This document shows positions 16,873-26,885 of a DNA stretch of 64,000 nt, in pieces. Made by a program: the position numbers and the translations under genes. Below the pieces are notes generated by a model. The model had not been told where the DNA came from, did no database searches, and saw only the letters and a list, made by a program, of their open reading frames with translations. Location: contig DATKDW010000047.1 of assembly GCA_035512495.1 (NCBI GenBank), positions 3,718 to 67,717 on the forward strand, in the 5' to 3' direction. This DNA comes from Acidimicrobiales bacterium. GTDB lineage: Bacteria; Actinomycetota; Acidimicrobiia; Acidimicrobiales; CADCSY01. Every line of letters starts with the position of its first letter. Within the stretch, counting starts at the first letter, position 1.

Positions 16873-17493
16873 GTGGCTGAGGAACGGCTGCAGCGCGGGG
16901 TGTACCTGCCGCCCTTCGGGCCGTTCGGCGACCCGGCGGTCATCGTCGACCTGGCCGTGCGCGCCGAGGCCGCGGGGTGGGACGGAGTCTTCCTGTGGGA
17001 TCACGTTGTCGCCGAGGCATCGCCGATCGCCGACACCTGGACCACGTTGGGCGCCGTCGCCGTCGCCACCGACCGCATCCTCCTCGGGCCCACGGTCACC
17101 CCGCTGCCCCGACGGCGCCCGTGGGTGGTCGCCCGGCAGGCGTCCACCGTCAGCCGGCTCTCGGGAGGCCGGCTCGTCCTGGGGGTGGGCCTCGGGTCGG
17201 ACGAGTCGGGTGACCTCAGCCGCTTCGGGGAGGAGACCGATCAGCGGGCTCGAGCGTCGATGCTCGGCGAGGGCATGGAGATCGTTCGAGCCATGTGGGC
17301 AGGCGAACCGATCGATCACGGCGGAGCCCACTACGAGGTGCACCTCGAGGCCACTGAGCCCGAGCCACACCCCATTCCCGTCTGGATGGCCAGCTCGACC
17401 CGCCATCCCCGCGTCATCGCCCGCGCCGCGGGTTGCGACGGGATCTTCCCGATCGCGGACCACACGCTGGTGCCCGAGGAGGTCGATCACAAA
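16873..17493 (+). pseudogene. LLM-class (luciferase-like, probably F420-dependent) oxidoreductase, apparently 3'-truncated
   Basis: The N-terminal 206 aa are LLM-like (GVYLPPFG, GWDGVFLWDH, LVLGVGLG, IPVWMAS, AAGCDGIFPI). Similarity stops at ...EEVDHK, where a low-GC patch and repeat copy B begin. The ORF then runs 92 Arg-rich codons antisense into the HIT gene, with no stop until 17766. Confidence 0.5.
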
Positions 17494-17502
17494 ATGAGGG
17501 TT

Positions 17503-17540
17503 GTTCTCAGAGTGTCCCGCGGGGCACTCCACTCTGTGTC
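17503..17540. repeat. Palindromic repeat unit, copy B (38 nt); likely bidirectional terminator between the LLM remnant and HIT
   Basis: GTTCTCAGAGTGTCCCGCGGGGCACTCCACTCTGTGTC. It contains the HIT stop codon (17507-17509). On the minus strand the hairpin is followed by ...CATTTTGTG. Confidence 0.8.
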
Positions 17541-18013
17541 GAGTGGGCGTCGGGATCGCCGGGTCGCGCGGGCCACGCGGCCCGCAGCTGCGCCGCTCGT
17601 CGTCGTAGCTCGCCGGGTTCGGCCAGCTGCCCGCGCGAACCGTAGAGCTCGTCGCCTTCCCAGCGAGGGAAGACGTGCACATGCAGGTGCCAGACGTCCT
17701 GGTTGCCAGCGGGCTCGTTGTGCTGCCGCGTCGAGACGCCGTGACAGCCGTACGCGGCCTTCATAGCGAGCGCTGTGTCGCGGACCGCAGCCTGCATCGG
17801 AGTGCCGAGAGACGGTGGCATGTCGTAGACGTTCTCGTGGTGATCGTTCGGGATGACCAACACGGCACCGGGGTTGTTCGGCCACCATTTCGGGTTCACC
17901 TTCACGAACACGTCCTGGTACCGATGGACGATCTCGAGCGGCAGGTCGGACTCGCCCAGCCGCAGGTTCCGACAGAACGGGCACCGATAGCCGTCGGGAG
18001 CGTGGTTGTTCAT
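17507..18013 (-). CDS. HIT (histidine triad) family protein
   Basis: HLHVHVFPR histidine triad and an N-terminal CPFC. SD GAGGA lies 7 nt upstream of ATG 18013. The last 11 codons and the stop lie inside repeat copy B. Confidence 0.8.
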   Translation of the reverse strand: MNNHAPDGYRCPFCRNLRLGESDLPLEIVHRYQDVFVKVNPKWWPNNPGAVLVIPNDHHENVYDMPPSLGTPMQAAVRDTALAMKAAYGCHGVSTRQHNEPAGNQDVWHLHVHVFPRWEGDELYGSRGQLAEPGELRRRAAQLRAAWPARPGDPDAHSTQSGVPRGTL

Positions 18014-18093
18014 CGGTCCATCCTCGCTCGGGACGGTCAGCACGTGCCCGAGGACGACCTCGAAAGCACGCGACGTCGAGCCAATACGTGCCT

Positions 18094-19695
18094 CTACCGG
18101 GACGCGGCCTGCTGGCGGTAGCGGTCGCGCAGCTCGCGCTTGTAGAGCTTGCCGTTGTCGTGGCGGGGGAGCTCGTCGGTGAAGTCGACGCTGCGAGGGC
18201 ACTTGAAGGCGGCGAGGTGCTCACGGGTGAAGGCGATGAGCTCGGCCGCCAGCTCCGGGGTGGCGTCCAGGCCGGGCTGGACCTCGACCACGGCCTTGAC
18301 CTCCTCGCCCCACTCCTCGTTGGGGATGCCGATCACCGCGGCGTCGCCGACGGATGGGTGGGTGAGCAGGACCGCCTCGATCTCGGCGGGGTAGATGTTC
18401 ACCCCGCCGGAGATGATGAGGTTGGCGCTGCGGTCGGTGAGGAAGAGGTAGCCGTCGGCGTCGAGGTAGCCGACGTCGCCGAGGGTGTAGTGATCGCCCC
18501 GGTAGGCGCCGGCGGTCTTGTCGCCGTCCTTGTAGTAGGTGAAGCGGGTGTCGGCCGGCGCCTTCAGGTACACGGTGCCGATCTCGTCGGGACCGAGCAC
18601 GTTGCCCTCGTCGTCGAGGATCTTCACGTGGTCCGGGGTGGGCGGCTTGCCGACCGTGCCGGGCTTCTCGAGCCACTGCGCCGAGGTCACGACGGTGCCT
18701 GCCCCCTCGGTGGCGGCGTAGTACTCCACCACGATCGGGCCCAACCAGTCGATCAGCGCCTTCTTCACCGGGACCGGGCAGGGTGCGGCCCCGTGGATGA
18801 CGTAGCCCAGCGACGAGACGTCGTAGCGGTCCCGCACCTCCTCGGGCAGCGAGATGAGTCTGTGGAACATGGTCGGGACCATGTGGGTGTGGGTGATCCG
18901 GTGGCGTTCGACGAGCGCCAGCGTCTCCTCGGCGTCCCAGCCGTCCATCAGGACGACGCCCACGCCGGCGGCGAGCGGCCCGGCCAGGGAGATCAGCAGG
19001 GGAGCGGCGTGGTACAGCGGGCCGGTGATGAGGTGCAGCTGGCTCGTACCCGCCTTGTACCCCGAGAGGGCGGCGGTGGCCGCGGCGGTGACCGAGGCCT
19101 GGCCGGCGTCAGCCGGCGGCCGGTGGACGCCCTTGGGGCGGCCGGTGGTGCCGGACGTGTAGAGCATCTTGGTGCCGGCCGAGGGCTCGTCGATGTCGCT
19201 GGTGTCCTCGGCGGCCACGACCTCGTCGTAGGGCTCGAAGCCGTCGATCTCGCCACCGATCGCCAGGAGGACCCGGGCGTCCGGTGCCAGCTCGGCAGCG
19301 GCGGCCGCCATGTCGGCGAAGCGTGCGTCGGCGATGAACGCCGCCGCCTCGCAGTCGTCGACGATGTAGCCCGCCTCCTCGGCGGCGAGGTGCCAGTTGA
19401 CCGGCGTCATCCGGAACCCGGCTCGGTCGCACGCGGCGACCACCTCGACGAACTCCACCCGGTTGCTGCACGACAGGGCAACGGCGCTGCCGGCGCTGAG
19501 ACCTCGGGCGCGCAGCGCCCGAACGAGGGCGTTGGCGCGCTCGTTGAGCTCGGCGAAGGTGGTGGTGCGGCCGTCGGCGATGACCGCCGGCTGGTCGCCG
19601 ACCGTGGCCGCCCAGTGGGCGACGATCATGCCCTGGCGGGCGGCGGCGACCCGGGCCTCGGCCTCGGGGTCGGTGGTCTGCTGCGCGTTGCTCAT
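18094..19695 (-). CDS. Acyl-CoA synthetase (AMP-dependent ligase)
   Basis: AMP-binding motif [14 protein letters not shown], then [17 protein letters not shown] and a C-terminal [10 protein letters not shown]. Its ATG overlaps the ACAD stop (ATGA). Confidence 0.85.
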   Translation of the reverse strand: MSNAQQTTDPEAEARVAAARQGMIVAHWAATVGDQPAVIADGRTTTFAELNERANALVRALRARGLSAGSAVALSCSNRVEFVEVVAACDRAGFRMTPVNWHLAAEEAGYIVDDCEAAAFIADARFADMAAAAAELAPDARVLLAIGGEIDGFEPYDEVVAAEDTSDIDEPSAGTKMLYTSGTTGRPKGVHRPPADAGQASVTAAATAALSGYKAGTSQLHLITGPLYHAAPLLISLAGPLAAGVGVVLMDGWDAEETLALVERHRITHTHMVPTMFHRLISLPEEVRDRYDVSSLGYVIHGAAPCPVPVKKALIDWLGPIVVEYYAATEGAGTVVTSAQWLEKPGTVGKPPTPDHVKILDDEGNVLGPDEIGTVYLKAPADTRFTYYKDGDKTAGAYRGDHYTLGDVGYLDADGYLFLTDRSANLIISGGVNIYPAEIEAVLLTHPSVGDAAVIGIPNEEWGEEVKAVVEVQPGLDATPELAAELIAFTREHLAAFKCPRSVDFTDELPRHDNGKLYKRELRDRYRQQAASR

Positions 19696-20930
19696 GCCGT
19701 GCTCCCTGCGGTGGCTGCGGTCGCGGCCGCGCCGGCCGGCGGCGGTTCCTTGGGTAGGCCGAGCACGCGCTCCCCGACGATGTTGCGCTGCACCTGGGCG
19801 GTACCGCCCCAGATGACGCCCGACCGGGTGGAGAGGAACTGGCGCTGCCAGTGGTTGAGCTCGTAGTCGCCCTCGCCGTCGGGGCGGACCATGGCCTCGG
19901 CGCCGAGGATGCTCATCTGGATCTCGCCGAAGTCGCGGGCGTGCTCCGACCAGAACATCTTGTTGATCGAGGCTCCCGGTCCGGGCTCCTTGCGGGCCAC
20001 CACCTCGGAGAGCGTGCGCAGGCCGGCGATGCGCATGATCTCGCAGTTGGTGTACGCCCAGGCCAGCTGCTGGCGCACGACAGGGTCGGTCTCCTTGCCG
20101 TGCTTGCGGGCCAGGTCGACCGTCCGCCAGAAGTCCCTGGTGAAGGCCACGTGCTGGGTGGTGGCGTTGCCGCCCCGCTCGTTGCCGAGCGTGGTCATGG
20201 TCACCCGCCAGCCGTTGTTGAGCCCGCCGATGACGTTGGCGAGCGGGGCCCGCGCCTCGGTGAGGAACGTCTCGGTGAAGTGGCTGGCACCGGTGATCTG
20301 GCGGATGGGGCGCAGCTCGATGCCGTTGGACGAGCCGTCGGGGCGCTGCATCGGGAGCAGCACGTAGGAGATGCCGCGGTGCTTCGGGGCGTCCGGGTCG
20401 GTCCGGGCCAGGCAGAACATCATGTTCGCCGCCTGGGCGCCGGAGGTCCACACCTTCTGGCCGGTGATGACCACCTCGTCGCCGTCGACGATGCCCCGCG
20501 TCTTCAGCCCCGCCAGGTCGGACCCGGCATCTGGCTCGGAGAAGCCCTGGCAGTAGGTGTCGTCGCCGGCGATGATCCGGGGCAGGAAGCGCGCCTTCTG
20601 CTCGTCGGTGCCGTGGACGATGATCGAGGGCCCGACCAGCCACTCGCCCATGCCGCGGGTGGCGCGCGGGACGCCGGCGCGGGCGAACTCCTCGTTCATC
20701 ACCGCCACCTCGATGCCGGTGAGGCCCCGGCCGCCGTACTCCTTTGGCCACGAGACGCACAGGTAGCCGGCCTGATGGAGCTTGTCGGTCCACTCCTTCA
20801 GCCCAGCAGCCTGGACACCAGGGGTGATCTCCACCCCCTCCAGCTCGGTCGGGTGGTTGGCCTCCAACCACTGGCGAAGCTCGTCGCGGAACGCGGCGGC
20901 CTCGGGTCCGAGATCGATCTCCATCGGCAT
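19692..20930 (-). CDS. Acyl-CoA dehydrogenase
   Basis: [28 protein letters not shown] and a C-terminal [21 protein letters not shown]. Start is MPMEIDL at 20930. Confidence 0.85.
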   Translation of the reverse strand: MPMEIDLGPEAAAFRDELRQWLEANHPTELEGVEITPGVQAAGLKEWTDKLHQAGYLCVSWPKEYGGRGLTGIEVAVMNEEFARAGVPRATRGMGEWLVGPSIIVHGTDEQKARFLPRIIAGDDTYCQGFSEPDAGSDLAGLKTRGIVDGDEVVITGQKVWTSGAQAANMMFCLARTDPDAPKHRGISYVLLPMQRPDGSSNGIELRPIRQITGASHFTETFLTEARAPLANVIGGLNNGWRVTMTTLGNERGGNATTQHVAFTRDFWRTVDLARKHGKETDPVVRQQLAWAYTNCEIMRIAGLRTLSEVVARKEPGPGASINKMFWSEHARDFGEIQMSILGAEAMVRPDGEGDYELNHWQRQFLSTRSGVIWGGTAQVQRNIVGERVLGLPKEPPPAGAAATAATAGSTA

Positions 20931-21000
20931 GTGTTTCCCCCTGGAAGTGTGCGCCTGGTGTGCGTGGGTCGTCTGTGGGTGCCGGCGACGCCGGCGGTGG

Positions 21001-21432
21001 TCAGTCAGCCAGCGCGCTGGGCTCGAAGAGCGGTAGGTGCCGGCCGTCGGTGAGCGGTTCCCAGGTGACGCGGACCGCCATGTCGACAGCAACGTCGTCG
21101 GGCTCGCACCCGACGATGTTGGTCATCAGGCGCACGCCCTCGTCGAGGTCGACGAGGGCGACCGCGTAGGGGACCTTGTCGGCCATGAACGGGTTGGCCG
21201 GCTTGTGCTGGACGCTCACGGCGTGGACCCGGCCGAAGCCGGTGGCCGGCCGCCACTCGATCGTGTCGCCCAGGCAGCCGGGGCACGCGGCTCGCGGGTA
21301 GAAGATCGCCTTCTGGCAGCTCGTGCACCACTGCAGCACCAGCTGCTTGTCGCGGGTGGCCTCCCAGAACGGCGCGGTGTCGTCGGACACCGGGGGCTCG
21401 AAGCGGGTGGGCGTGGGCGTGTCGTGGGCCAT
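21001..21432 (-). CDS. Zn-ribbon OB-fold protein (DUF35 family)
   Basis: CTSCQKAIFYPRAACPGC rubredoxin-like ribbon followed by an OB-fold (VPYAVALVDLDEGVRLMTNIV). Its ATG shares 1 nt with the thiolase TGA. Confidence 0.85.
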   Translation of the reverse strand: MAHDTPTPTRFEPPVSDDTAPFWEATRDKQLVLQWCTSCQKAIFYPRAACPGCLGDTIEWRPATGFGRVHAVSVQHKPANPFMADKVPYAVALVDLDEGVRLMTNIVGCEPDDVAVDMAVRVTWEPLTDGRHLPLFEPSALAD

Positions 21433-22622
21433 CAGAGCGTTGCCTCCGTGCCGAGGACGACGGTGGCCATGGCCGAGAGCACGCCGCCCGATCCGTGGGC
21501 GACGGCGATCTCCGCGCCCTCCACCTGGCGGGGGCCGCACTCGCCACGCAGCTGGCGGGTCGCCTCGACCAGGAGGAACATCCCGTACATCCCGGGGTGG
21601 GTGTACGACAGCCCACCGCCGTTGGTGTTCATCGGCAACGAGCCCCCGGGTCCTGTCCGGCCGTCCTCGACGAACGCCCCTCCCTCGCCCTTGTCGCAGA
21701 ACCCGAGGTCCTCGAGGTGCAGGAGGGCGGTGATGGTGAAGCTGTCGTAGCCCATCAGGAGGTCGACGTCGCCGGCCTTGATGCCGGCCATGGCGAAGGC
21801 GTTGGGACCGGAGATGGCCCCGGCGGTGGTGGTGAGGTCGGGCATGGCCATGATGCCGCTGTGGTCGTGGCAGGTGGCTGCGCCGAGGACGTGGACCGGC
21901 GGCTTGGCCAGGTCGCGCGCCCGCTCGGCGCTGGTCATGACGAACGCGCCGGCACCGTCGGTCACGAGGCAGCAGTCGAGGAGGTGGAGCGGTGAGGCCT
22001 GCATGGGCGACGACAGCACGTCGTCGATGGTGATCGGGTCCTGGTACCTGGCACTGGGGTTCATCGCCGCCCACTCCCGGGTGCTGACCGCGATCTGGGC
22101 CAGCTGCTCGGACGTGGTCCCGAAGGAGTGCATGTGGCGGCTGGCGCTCAGGGCATAGGCGCCCATCGGCATCATCAGGCCGTAGGGCATCTCGAACTCC
22201 ATGCGCGGGTCGGGCCCGAACGGCATGGGCCGTCGACCGCCACCTCCACCGCCCGACGAGCGCTTGCGGTCGCTGCGGGGGGTCGAGGCGTAGACCCCCA
22301 CCACCACGTCGCACAGCCCGGCGGCGATGGCGGCCGCGGCGTGCTCGACGTGGACCTCGTAGCTCGAGCCGCCGACGTTGGTGCCGTCGGTCCAGCGGGG
22401 TGAGATCCCGAGGTACTCGGCGAGGCCCAGCGTGGCCATCCCGCCGAAACCGGCGTAGCAGAGGCCGTCGACGTCGGCGATGGTGAGCCCGGCGTCGGCC
22501 AGTGCCTCGGCGATCATCGTCACCTCGAGCGCCCGGCCCGTGAGCTCGAGCTCACCCGTGGGCGAGGCGGCATCGGCCACCCCCACGATGGCGGCCTGTC
22601 CCCGCAGCGTCCGATCAGCCAA
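21432..22622 (-). CDS. Thiolase-like protein (SCP-x / lipid-transfer type)
   Basis: Thiolase fold with a C-terminal NTNGGGLSYTHPGMYGMF. The DUF35 partner immediately downstream is the usual pairing. TTG start with SD GAGGGAG 7 nt upstream. Confidence 0.85.
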   Translation of the reverse strand: MADRTLRGQAAIVGVADAASPTGELELTGRALEVTMIAEALADAGLTIADVDGLCYAGFGGMATLGLAEYLGISPRWTDGTNVGGSSYEVHVEHAAAAIAAGLCDVVVGVYASTPRSDRKRSSGGGGGGRRPMPFGPDPRMEFEMPYGLMMPMGAYALSASRHMHSFGTTSEQLAQIAVSTREWAAMNPSARYQDPITIDDVLSSPMQASPLHLLDCCLVTDGAGAFVMTSAERARDLAKPPVHVLGAATCHDHSGIMAMPDLTTTAGAISGPNAFAMAGIKAGDVDLLMGYDSFTITALLHLEDLGFCDKGEGGAFVEDGRTGPGGSLPMNTNGGGLSYTHPGMYGMFLLVEATRQLRGECGPRQVEGAEIAVAHGSGGVLSAMATVVLGTEATL

Positions 22623-22638
22623 CGTCCGTCTCCCTCAC

Positions 22639-22661
22639 TTGACCCACGGGTCAGGAAACTA
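22639..22661 (-). promoter_or_regulatory. Palindromic operator candidate and -10 box upstream of the thiolase-DUF35-ACAD-FadD-HIT operon
   Basis: The plus strand reads TTGACC-cacg-GGTCAG (22639-22654), containing the perfect palindrome TGACCCACGGGTCA. The minus-strand TAGTTT box (22656-22661) lies just upstream, so the palindrome would sit at about +1 to +20. SD GAGGGAG and TTG 22622 follow. Confidence 0.45.
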
Positions 22662-22689
22662 GCCCAGGTCGGGGGGGGAGGCGCGGTCG

Positions 22690-24501
22690 TCAGCCCGTCA
22701 GGCGCTTCGCCAGCTGGTCGAGCTCGTCGCGCAGCGCTTGGGGGACGGCGTCGCCGATCTCGTCGAAGTGGCCCTCGATGCGAGGCAGCTCGTCGCGCCA
22801 CTCGTCGAGGTCGACTGCCAGGATGGCGGTCATGTCGTCCTCGGAGAGGTCGAGGCCGGTGGTGTCGATGGCGTTCGGGCTCGGGATGCGACCGATGGGG
22901 GTGTCGACCGCCTCGCCGGTGCCGTCGATCCGCTCCAGGACCCACTTGAGGACCCGGGAGTTCTCGCCGAACCCCGGCCAGGCGAAGCTGCCCTCGTCGT
23001 CCTTGCGGAACCAGTTGACCCAGAAGAGCTTCGGGAGCTTGTCGTCGTCGGCCTGCTCGCCGATCTCGAGCCAGTGGGCGATGTAGTCGCCGACGTTGTA
23101 CCCGGTGAAGGGGCGCATGGCGAACGGGTCGAACCGGACCTCGCCGACGGTGCCGGCGGCCGCAGCGGTCTTCTCCGAGCTCATGATGGAGCCGAGGAAC
23201 ACCCCGTGCGCCCAGCCGTAGGACTCGGTGACCAGCGGCACGGTGGACGCCCGGCGTCCGCCGAAGAGGATGGCCGAGATCGGCACGCCCTTCGGGTCCT
23301 CCCACTCGGGGGCGATCGAGGGGCACTGCGACGCCGGCGCCGTGAAGCGGGCGTTGGGGTGGGCGGCGGGAGTGCTCGACTCCGGGTTCCAGTCGTTGCC
23401 CTTCCAGTCGGTCAGGCGGGGCGGAGCCTCCGCCGTCATGTCCTCCCACCACACGTCACCGTCGGGCGTCTCCGCGCAGTTGGTGAAGATGCAGTTCTCG
23501 ACCAGGGTCTCCATGGCGTTGGGGTTGGTCTTGGTGGACGTCCCCGGTGCCACGCCAAAGAACCCGGCCTCGGGGTTGATGGCGTAGAGGCGACCGTCGT
23601 CGCCGAACTTCATCCAGGCGATGTCGTCGCCGATGGTCTCGATCTTCCAGCCCGGCAGGGTGGGGATCATCATGGCCATGTTGGTCTTGCCGCAGGCGGA
23701 CGGGAACGCCGCCGCCACGTAGCGCTTCTCGCCGCTCGGCGGGGTCACGCCGAGGACGAGCATGTGCTCGGCCAGCCAGCCCTCGTCGCGGGCCATGGCC
23801 GACGCGATGCGCAGGGCGAAGCACTTCTTGCCGAGCAGTGCGTTGCCGCCGTAGCCCGAGCCGTACGACCAGATCTCCCGGGAGTCGGGGAAGTGGACGA
23901 TGTACTTGTTCTCGGCGTCGCACGGCCACGGCACGTCGTCCTGGCCGGGCTCGAGGGGGGCGCCGACCGAGTGGAGGCAGGGCACGAACTCGCCATCGCC
24001 GAGGGTGTCGAGGACGGCCTGGCCCATGCGGGTCATGATCTTCATGTTGGTGACCACGTAGGCCGAGTCGGTGAGCTGGACGCCGATGTGGGCGATGGGC
24101 GAGCCGAGGGGGCCCATGGAGAACGGCACCACGTACATGGTGCGGCCGCGCATCGAGCCCTCGAAGAGGCCGCGCAGCGTCTCCTTCATCTCGGTGGGGT
24201 CGGCCCAGTTGTTGGTGGGGCCGGCGTCGGCCTCGAGCTCGGAGCAGATGTACGTGCGGTCCTCCACCCGGGCGACGTCGCCAGGGTCGGAGCGGGCCAG
24301 GAAGCTGTTCGGCCGCTTCTCGTCGTCGAGCTTGGTGAAGGTGCCGGCGTCGACCAGCAGCTGGGTGAGGCGCTGGTACTCCTCGTCGGACCCGTCGCAC
24401 CACTCGATGGCATCGGGCTGGCAGAGCTCGGCGACCTCGTTCACCCAGGCCAGCAGCGTGGCGTTGCTGGTGCGGTCGGTCTGGGTCTGCACTGCGCTCA
24501 C
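22690..24501 (-). CDS. pckG: Phosphoenolpyruvate carboxykinase (GTP)
   Basis: GTP-PEPCK signatures: [26 protein letters not shown] and FGGRRAS. 603 aa. GTG start with an AGGAGAG SD. Confidence 0.95.
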   Translation of the reverse strand: MSAVQTQTDRTSNATLLAWVNEVAELCQPDAIEWCDGSDEEYQRLTQLLVDAGTFTKLDDEKRPNSFLARSDPGDVARVEDRTYICSELEADAGPTNNWADPTEMKETLRGLFEGSMRGRTMYVVPFSMGPLGSPIAHIGVQLTDSAYVVTNMKIMTRMGQAVLDTLGDGEFVPCLHSVGAPLEPGQDDVPWPCDAENKYIVHFPDSREIWSYGSGYGGNALLGKKCFALRIASAMARDEGWLAEHMLVLGVTPPSGEKRYVAAAFPSACGKTNMAMMIPTLPGWKIETIGDDIAWMKFGDDGRLYAINPEAGFFGVAPGTSTKTNPNAMETLVENCIFTNCAETPDGDVWWEDMTAEAPPRLTDWKGNDWNPESSTPAAHPNARFTAPASQCPSIAPEWEDPKGVPISAILFGGRRASTVPLVTESYGWAHGVFLGSIMSSEKTAAAAGTVGEVRFDPFAMRPFTGYNVGDYIAHWLEIGEQADDDKLPKLFWVNWFRKDDEGSFAWPGFGENSRVLKWVLERIDGTGEAVDTPIGRIPSPNAIDTTGLDLSEDDMTAILAVDLDEWRDELPRIEGHFDEIGDAVPQALRDELDQLAKRLTG

Positions 24502-24564
24502 GTCGCTCTCCTGAAGTCGCTGGTCACTTGGGCCGTAGCCCCGGCGAACCGGTCGTCGGCGTGC

Positions 24565-24819
24565 CTACCCCTGGGGCGGGATGGCGATGCCCTCGGTGGT
24601 GTAGCCCGGCGTGCCCATGTCGACCTCGGAGCCGAAGCGGAGCCGGGACGCCCGGCCGCTGTCGTCGAGGTCGAAGACCACCCGCTGGCCCTGGCGCAGC
24701 ATCCGAAACGCGGAGCCGACGAGCGCGTCGGCGGCGAGGTCGTGCTCGGAGAGGTCGGTGTCGCGCACGAGCGTGCCCTGCCCCGTCGCCGGGTCGTACG
24801 ACTTGACCACTCCCTGCAC
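24565..24819 (-). CDS. Small conserved hypothetical protein (possibly OB/CSD-like)
   Basis: 84 aa with GC3-rich codons. A strong AGGAGG SD lies 6 nt upstream of GTG 24819. N-terminal GVVKSYDPATGQGTLV resembles a cold-shock-like beta strand but lacks the RNP motifs. Confidence 0.55.
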   Translation of the reverse strand: MQGVVKSYDPATGQGTLVRDTDLSEHDLAADALVGSAFRMLRQGQRVVFDLDDSGRASRLRFGSEVDMGTPGYTTEGIAIPPQG

Positions 24820-24914
24820 AGCCGGCCTCCTGCCTCGCCTCTGACCAGGGATTGGACACTACAGGTGGGTCCGCGAGAAGGCCTACTTGCCCTCGGCGCC
24901 TCGCTGCGGGTGGA

Positions 24915-25133
24915 TCAGGCGGAGGCGGTGGGACGGGGCGGGCGACCGGCCTTGGTCACCTTGCCCGCCTTGATGCAGCCGGTGCAGACGTGCACGCGCT
25001 TGGGCGAGCCGTCGACGATGGCGCGCACCCGCTGGATGTTCGGGTTCCACCGGCGCTTGGTGCGCCGGTGCGAGTGGCTGATGCTCATGCCGAAGGAGGG
25101 GTGCTTGCCGCACACCTGACACACCGCTGCCAT
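24915..25133 (-). CDS. rpmB: 50S ribosomal protein L28
   Basis: [37 protein letters not shown]...[10 protein letters not shown] (Zn-ribbon C+ form). SD AGGAGC lies 7 nt upstream. Confidence 0.9.
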   Translation of the reverse strand: MAAVCQVCGKHPSFGMSISHSHRRTKRRWNPNIQRVRAIVDGSPKRVHVCTGCIKAGKVTKAGRPPRPTASA

Positions 25134-25213
25134 GACGCATTGCTCCTGAGGACTGCCGTACGGGGGACCGGGAGACTGTAGCAGCGCCATCCCGGGGTGC
25201 CCCAGCCGGCCGG

Positions 25214-25219
25214 TAGCAT
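25214..25219 (+). promoter_or_regulatory. -10 box TAGCAT for leaderless yloV-like gene
   Basis: GGTAGCAT followed by 9 nt, then ATG 25229. No SD. Confidence 0.35.
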
Positions 25220-25228
25220 CCGCCAACC

Positions 25229-26881
25229 ATGACCACGTTGGAGCGCCTCGGCGCCGAACACCTGCGCTCGGTGGTGATCGGCTTCCGCGACGCCCTCCGC
25301 AGCCACCAGGAGGCCGTCAACCGCCTCAACGTCTACCCGGTGCCCGACGGCGACACCGGTACCAACATGGCCCTGACGCTCGAGTCGGTGGTGGCCGAGC
25401 TCGATGGCGCGGGAGCCGACATGGCCGCCACCTGCAAGGCCATCAGCCACGGCTCTCTCATGGGGGCCCGTGGCAACTCCGGGGTGATCCTGAGCCAGAT
25501 CCTGCGCGGGGTGGCCACCACCTTCGCCGACGCCGAGGCCGCCGACGGCCCCACCCTGGCCTCGGCGCTGGCGGCGGCGACCGAGGGCGCCTACGGGGCG
25601 GTGATGCGCCCGGTGGAAGGCACCATCCTCACCGTCGTGCGGGCCTGCGCCGAGGGGGCAAGCGCCGCGTGTGAGTCGTCCGCCGCGAGCCTCGTCGAGG
25701 TGCTCGACGCCGCCAACCGCGCCGGTCGGGAGGCGCTGGCGAGCACCCCCGACCTGCTCCCGGTGCTCAAGGAGGCGGGCGTGGTCGACGCGGGTGGAGC
25801 CGGCTTCTTGCTCCTGCTCGACGCCGCGCTGCACGTGGTCGCCGGCCGCCCCGTGCCCGAGCCCGACCCGACCATCACCGCCGCGCCGGTCTCGGCCGCC
25901 CCGGGTGTCCATGGGGAGGGCGACGTCTCCGACCTGCGCTACGAGGTCATGTACTTCCTGGAGGCACCCGACGAGTCGGTCCCGGCGTTCAAGGAGGTGT
26001 GGGCCGGCATCGGTGACTCGATCGTGGTGGTCGGCGGCGACGGGATCTGGAACTGCCACATCCACACCGACGACATCGGCGCCGCCGTCGAGGCCGCCCT
26101 CGACTGCGGCCGTCCCCGCAAGATCCGCGTGACCGACCTGGCCGAGGAGGTCGAGGAGGAGCGCTGGGTCCGCGAGGCCGCCCTCGGCGACGGCGCGGCC
26201 GACCACGATCCGCCTCTCCGCCACGCTGCCACCGCGGTCGTGGCGGTCGCCACCGGCGACGGCCTCCGCCGCATCTTCCGGTCGCTGCGCGTCAGCTCTG
26301 TGGTCGCCGGGGGGCAGTCGATGAACCCGTCCACCGCCCAGCTGCTCGAGGCGGTCGAGGACGCCGACGGCGACGAGGTGGTCATCCTGCCGAACAACAA
26401 GAACATCATCCCCGTGGCCGAGCAGGTCGACTCCCTCAGCTCCAAGGCCGTTCGCGTGGTGCCCACGCGTGGCATCGCCGAGGGCTTCGCCGCCCTCCTC
26501 GCCTACGACCCGGACGCAGCGTCGGCCGAGAACGCCGAGCGCATGACCGCAGCCGCGGAGGCCGTGGTAGCCGGTGAGGTGACCCGGGCGGTGCGGGACT
26601 CGACCTGCGAGGTGGGTCCGATCGCGGCGGGCGACTGGCTGGGCATCGCCCGCGACGGGATCCGGGCAGTGGCCCCGGCGTTGGCCGACGCGGCAACGGG
26701 GCTGCTCCAGGCCCTCGTCAGCGACGACCACGAGATCGTCACCCTGATCGAGGGCGAGGGGTCCAGCGCCGGCGACACCCGCCGGATCACCGAGTGGTTG
26801 GGCGAGCACCGTCCCGACGTCGAGGTCGAGGTCCACCACGGCGGCCAACCCCTGTACCCCTACCTGGTGGGCATCGAGTAG
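25229..26881 (+). CDS. DAK2-domain protein (YloV/FakA-like)
   Basis: N-terminal Dak2 motif [14 protein letters not shown]. The 550-aa two-domain layout matches the conserved gene upstream of recG. Confidence 0.9.
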   Translation: MTTLERLGAEHLRSVVIGFRDALRSHQEAVNRLNVYPVPDGDTGTNMALTLESVVAELDGAGADMAATCKAISHGSLMGARGNSGVILSQILRGVATTFADAEAADGPTLASALAAATEGAYGAVMRPVEGTILTVVRACAEGASAACESSAASLVEVLDAANRAGREALASTPDLLPVLKEAGVVDAGGAGFLLLLDAALHVVAGRPVPEPDPTITAAPVSAAPGVHGEGDVSDLRYEVMYFLEAPDESVPAFKEVWAGIGDSIVVVGGDGIWNCHIHTDDIGAAVEAALDCGRPRKIRVTDLAEEVEEERWVREAALGDGAADHDPPLRHAATAVVAVATGDGLRRIFRSLRVSSVVAGGQSMNPSTAQLLEAVEDADGDEVVILPNNKNIIPVAEQVDSLSSKAVRVVPTRGIAEGFAALLAYDPDAASAENAERMTAAAEAVVAGEVTRAVRDSTCEVGPIAAGDWLGIARDGIRAVAPALADAATGLLQALVSDDHEIVTLIEGEGSSAGDTRRITEWLGEHRPDVEVEVHHGGQPLYPYLVGIE

Positions 26882-26885
26882 CCGC

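Noticed and set aside
16728-16943. 71-aa minus-strand ORF in the marR-LLM intergenic region, whose C-terminus resembles the HIT C-terminus.
   Set aside because: The resemblance is confined to the roughly 11 codons inside repeat copy A. The rest is Ser/Arg/Pro-rich and overlaps the LLM start. It is best explained by the repeat rather than by a gene.
16724-17540. Whether the two palindromic units mark a mobile element, integron cassette (attC) or prophage remnant.
   Set aside because: There is no transposase, integrase or cassette-type core site (GTTRRRY) and no terminal inverted repeats beyond the hairpin. The enclosed 0.8 kb holds only a gene remnant. It is kept as a repeat/rearrangement finding, not called as a mobile element.
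17494-17766. C-terminal 92 codons of the 297-aa LLM ORF (and the alternative-frame ORF 16823..17497).
   Set aside because: The sequence is Arg-rich and non-LLM-like, and lies antisense to the well-supported HIT gene. I treat it as read-through of a truncated gene, not as a real fusion.
22671-22678. G8 homopolymer between pckG and the thiolase operon, as a possible phase-variation tract.
   Set aside because: It lies upstream of the proposed -10 box and outside any coding region. A single 8-mer of G is plausible by chance at this GC content. There is no evidence of length-dependent promoter spacing.
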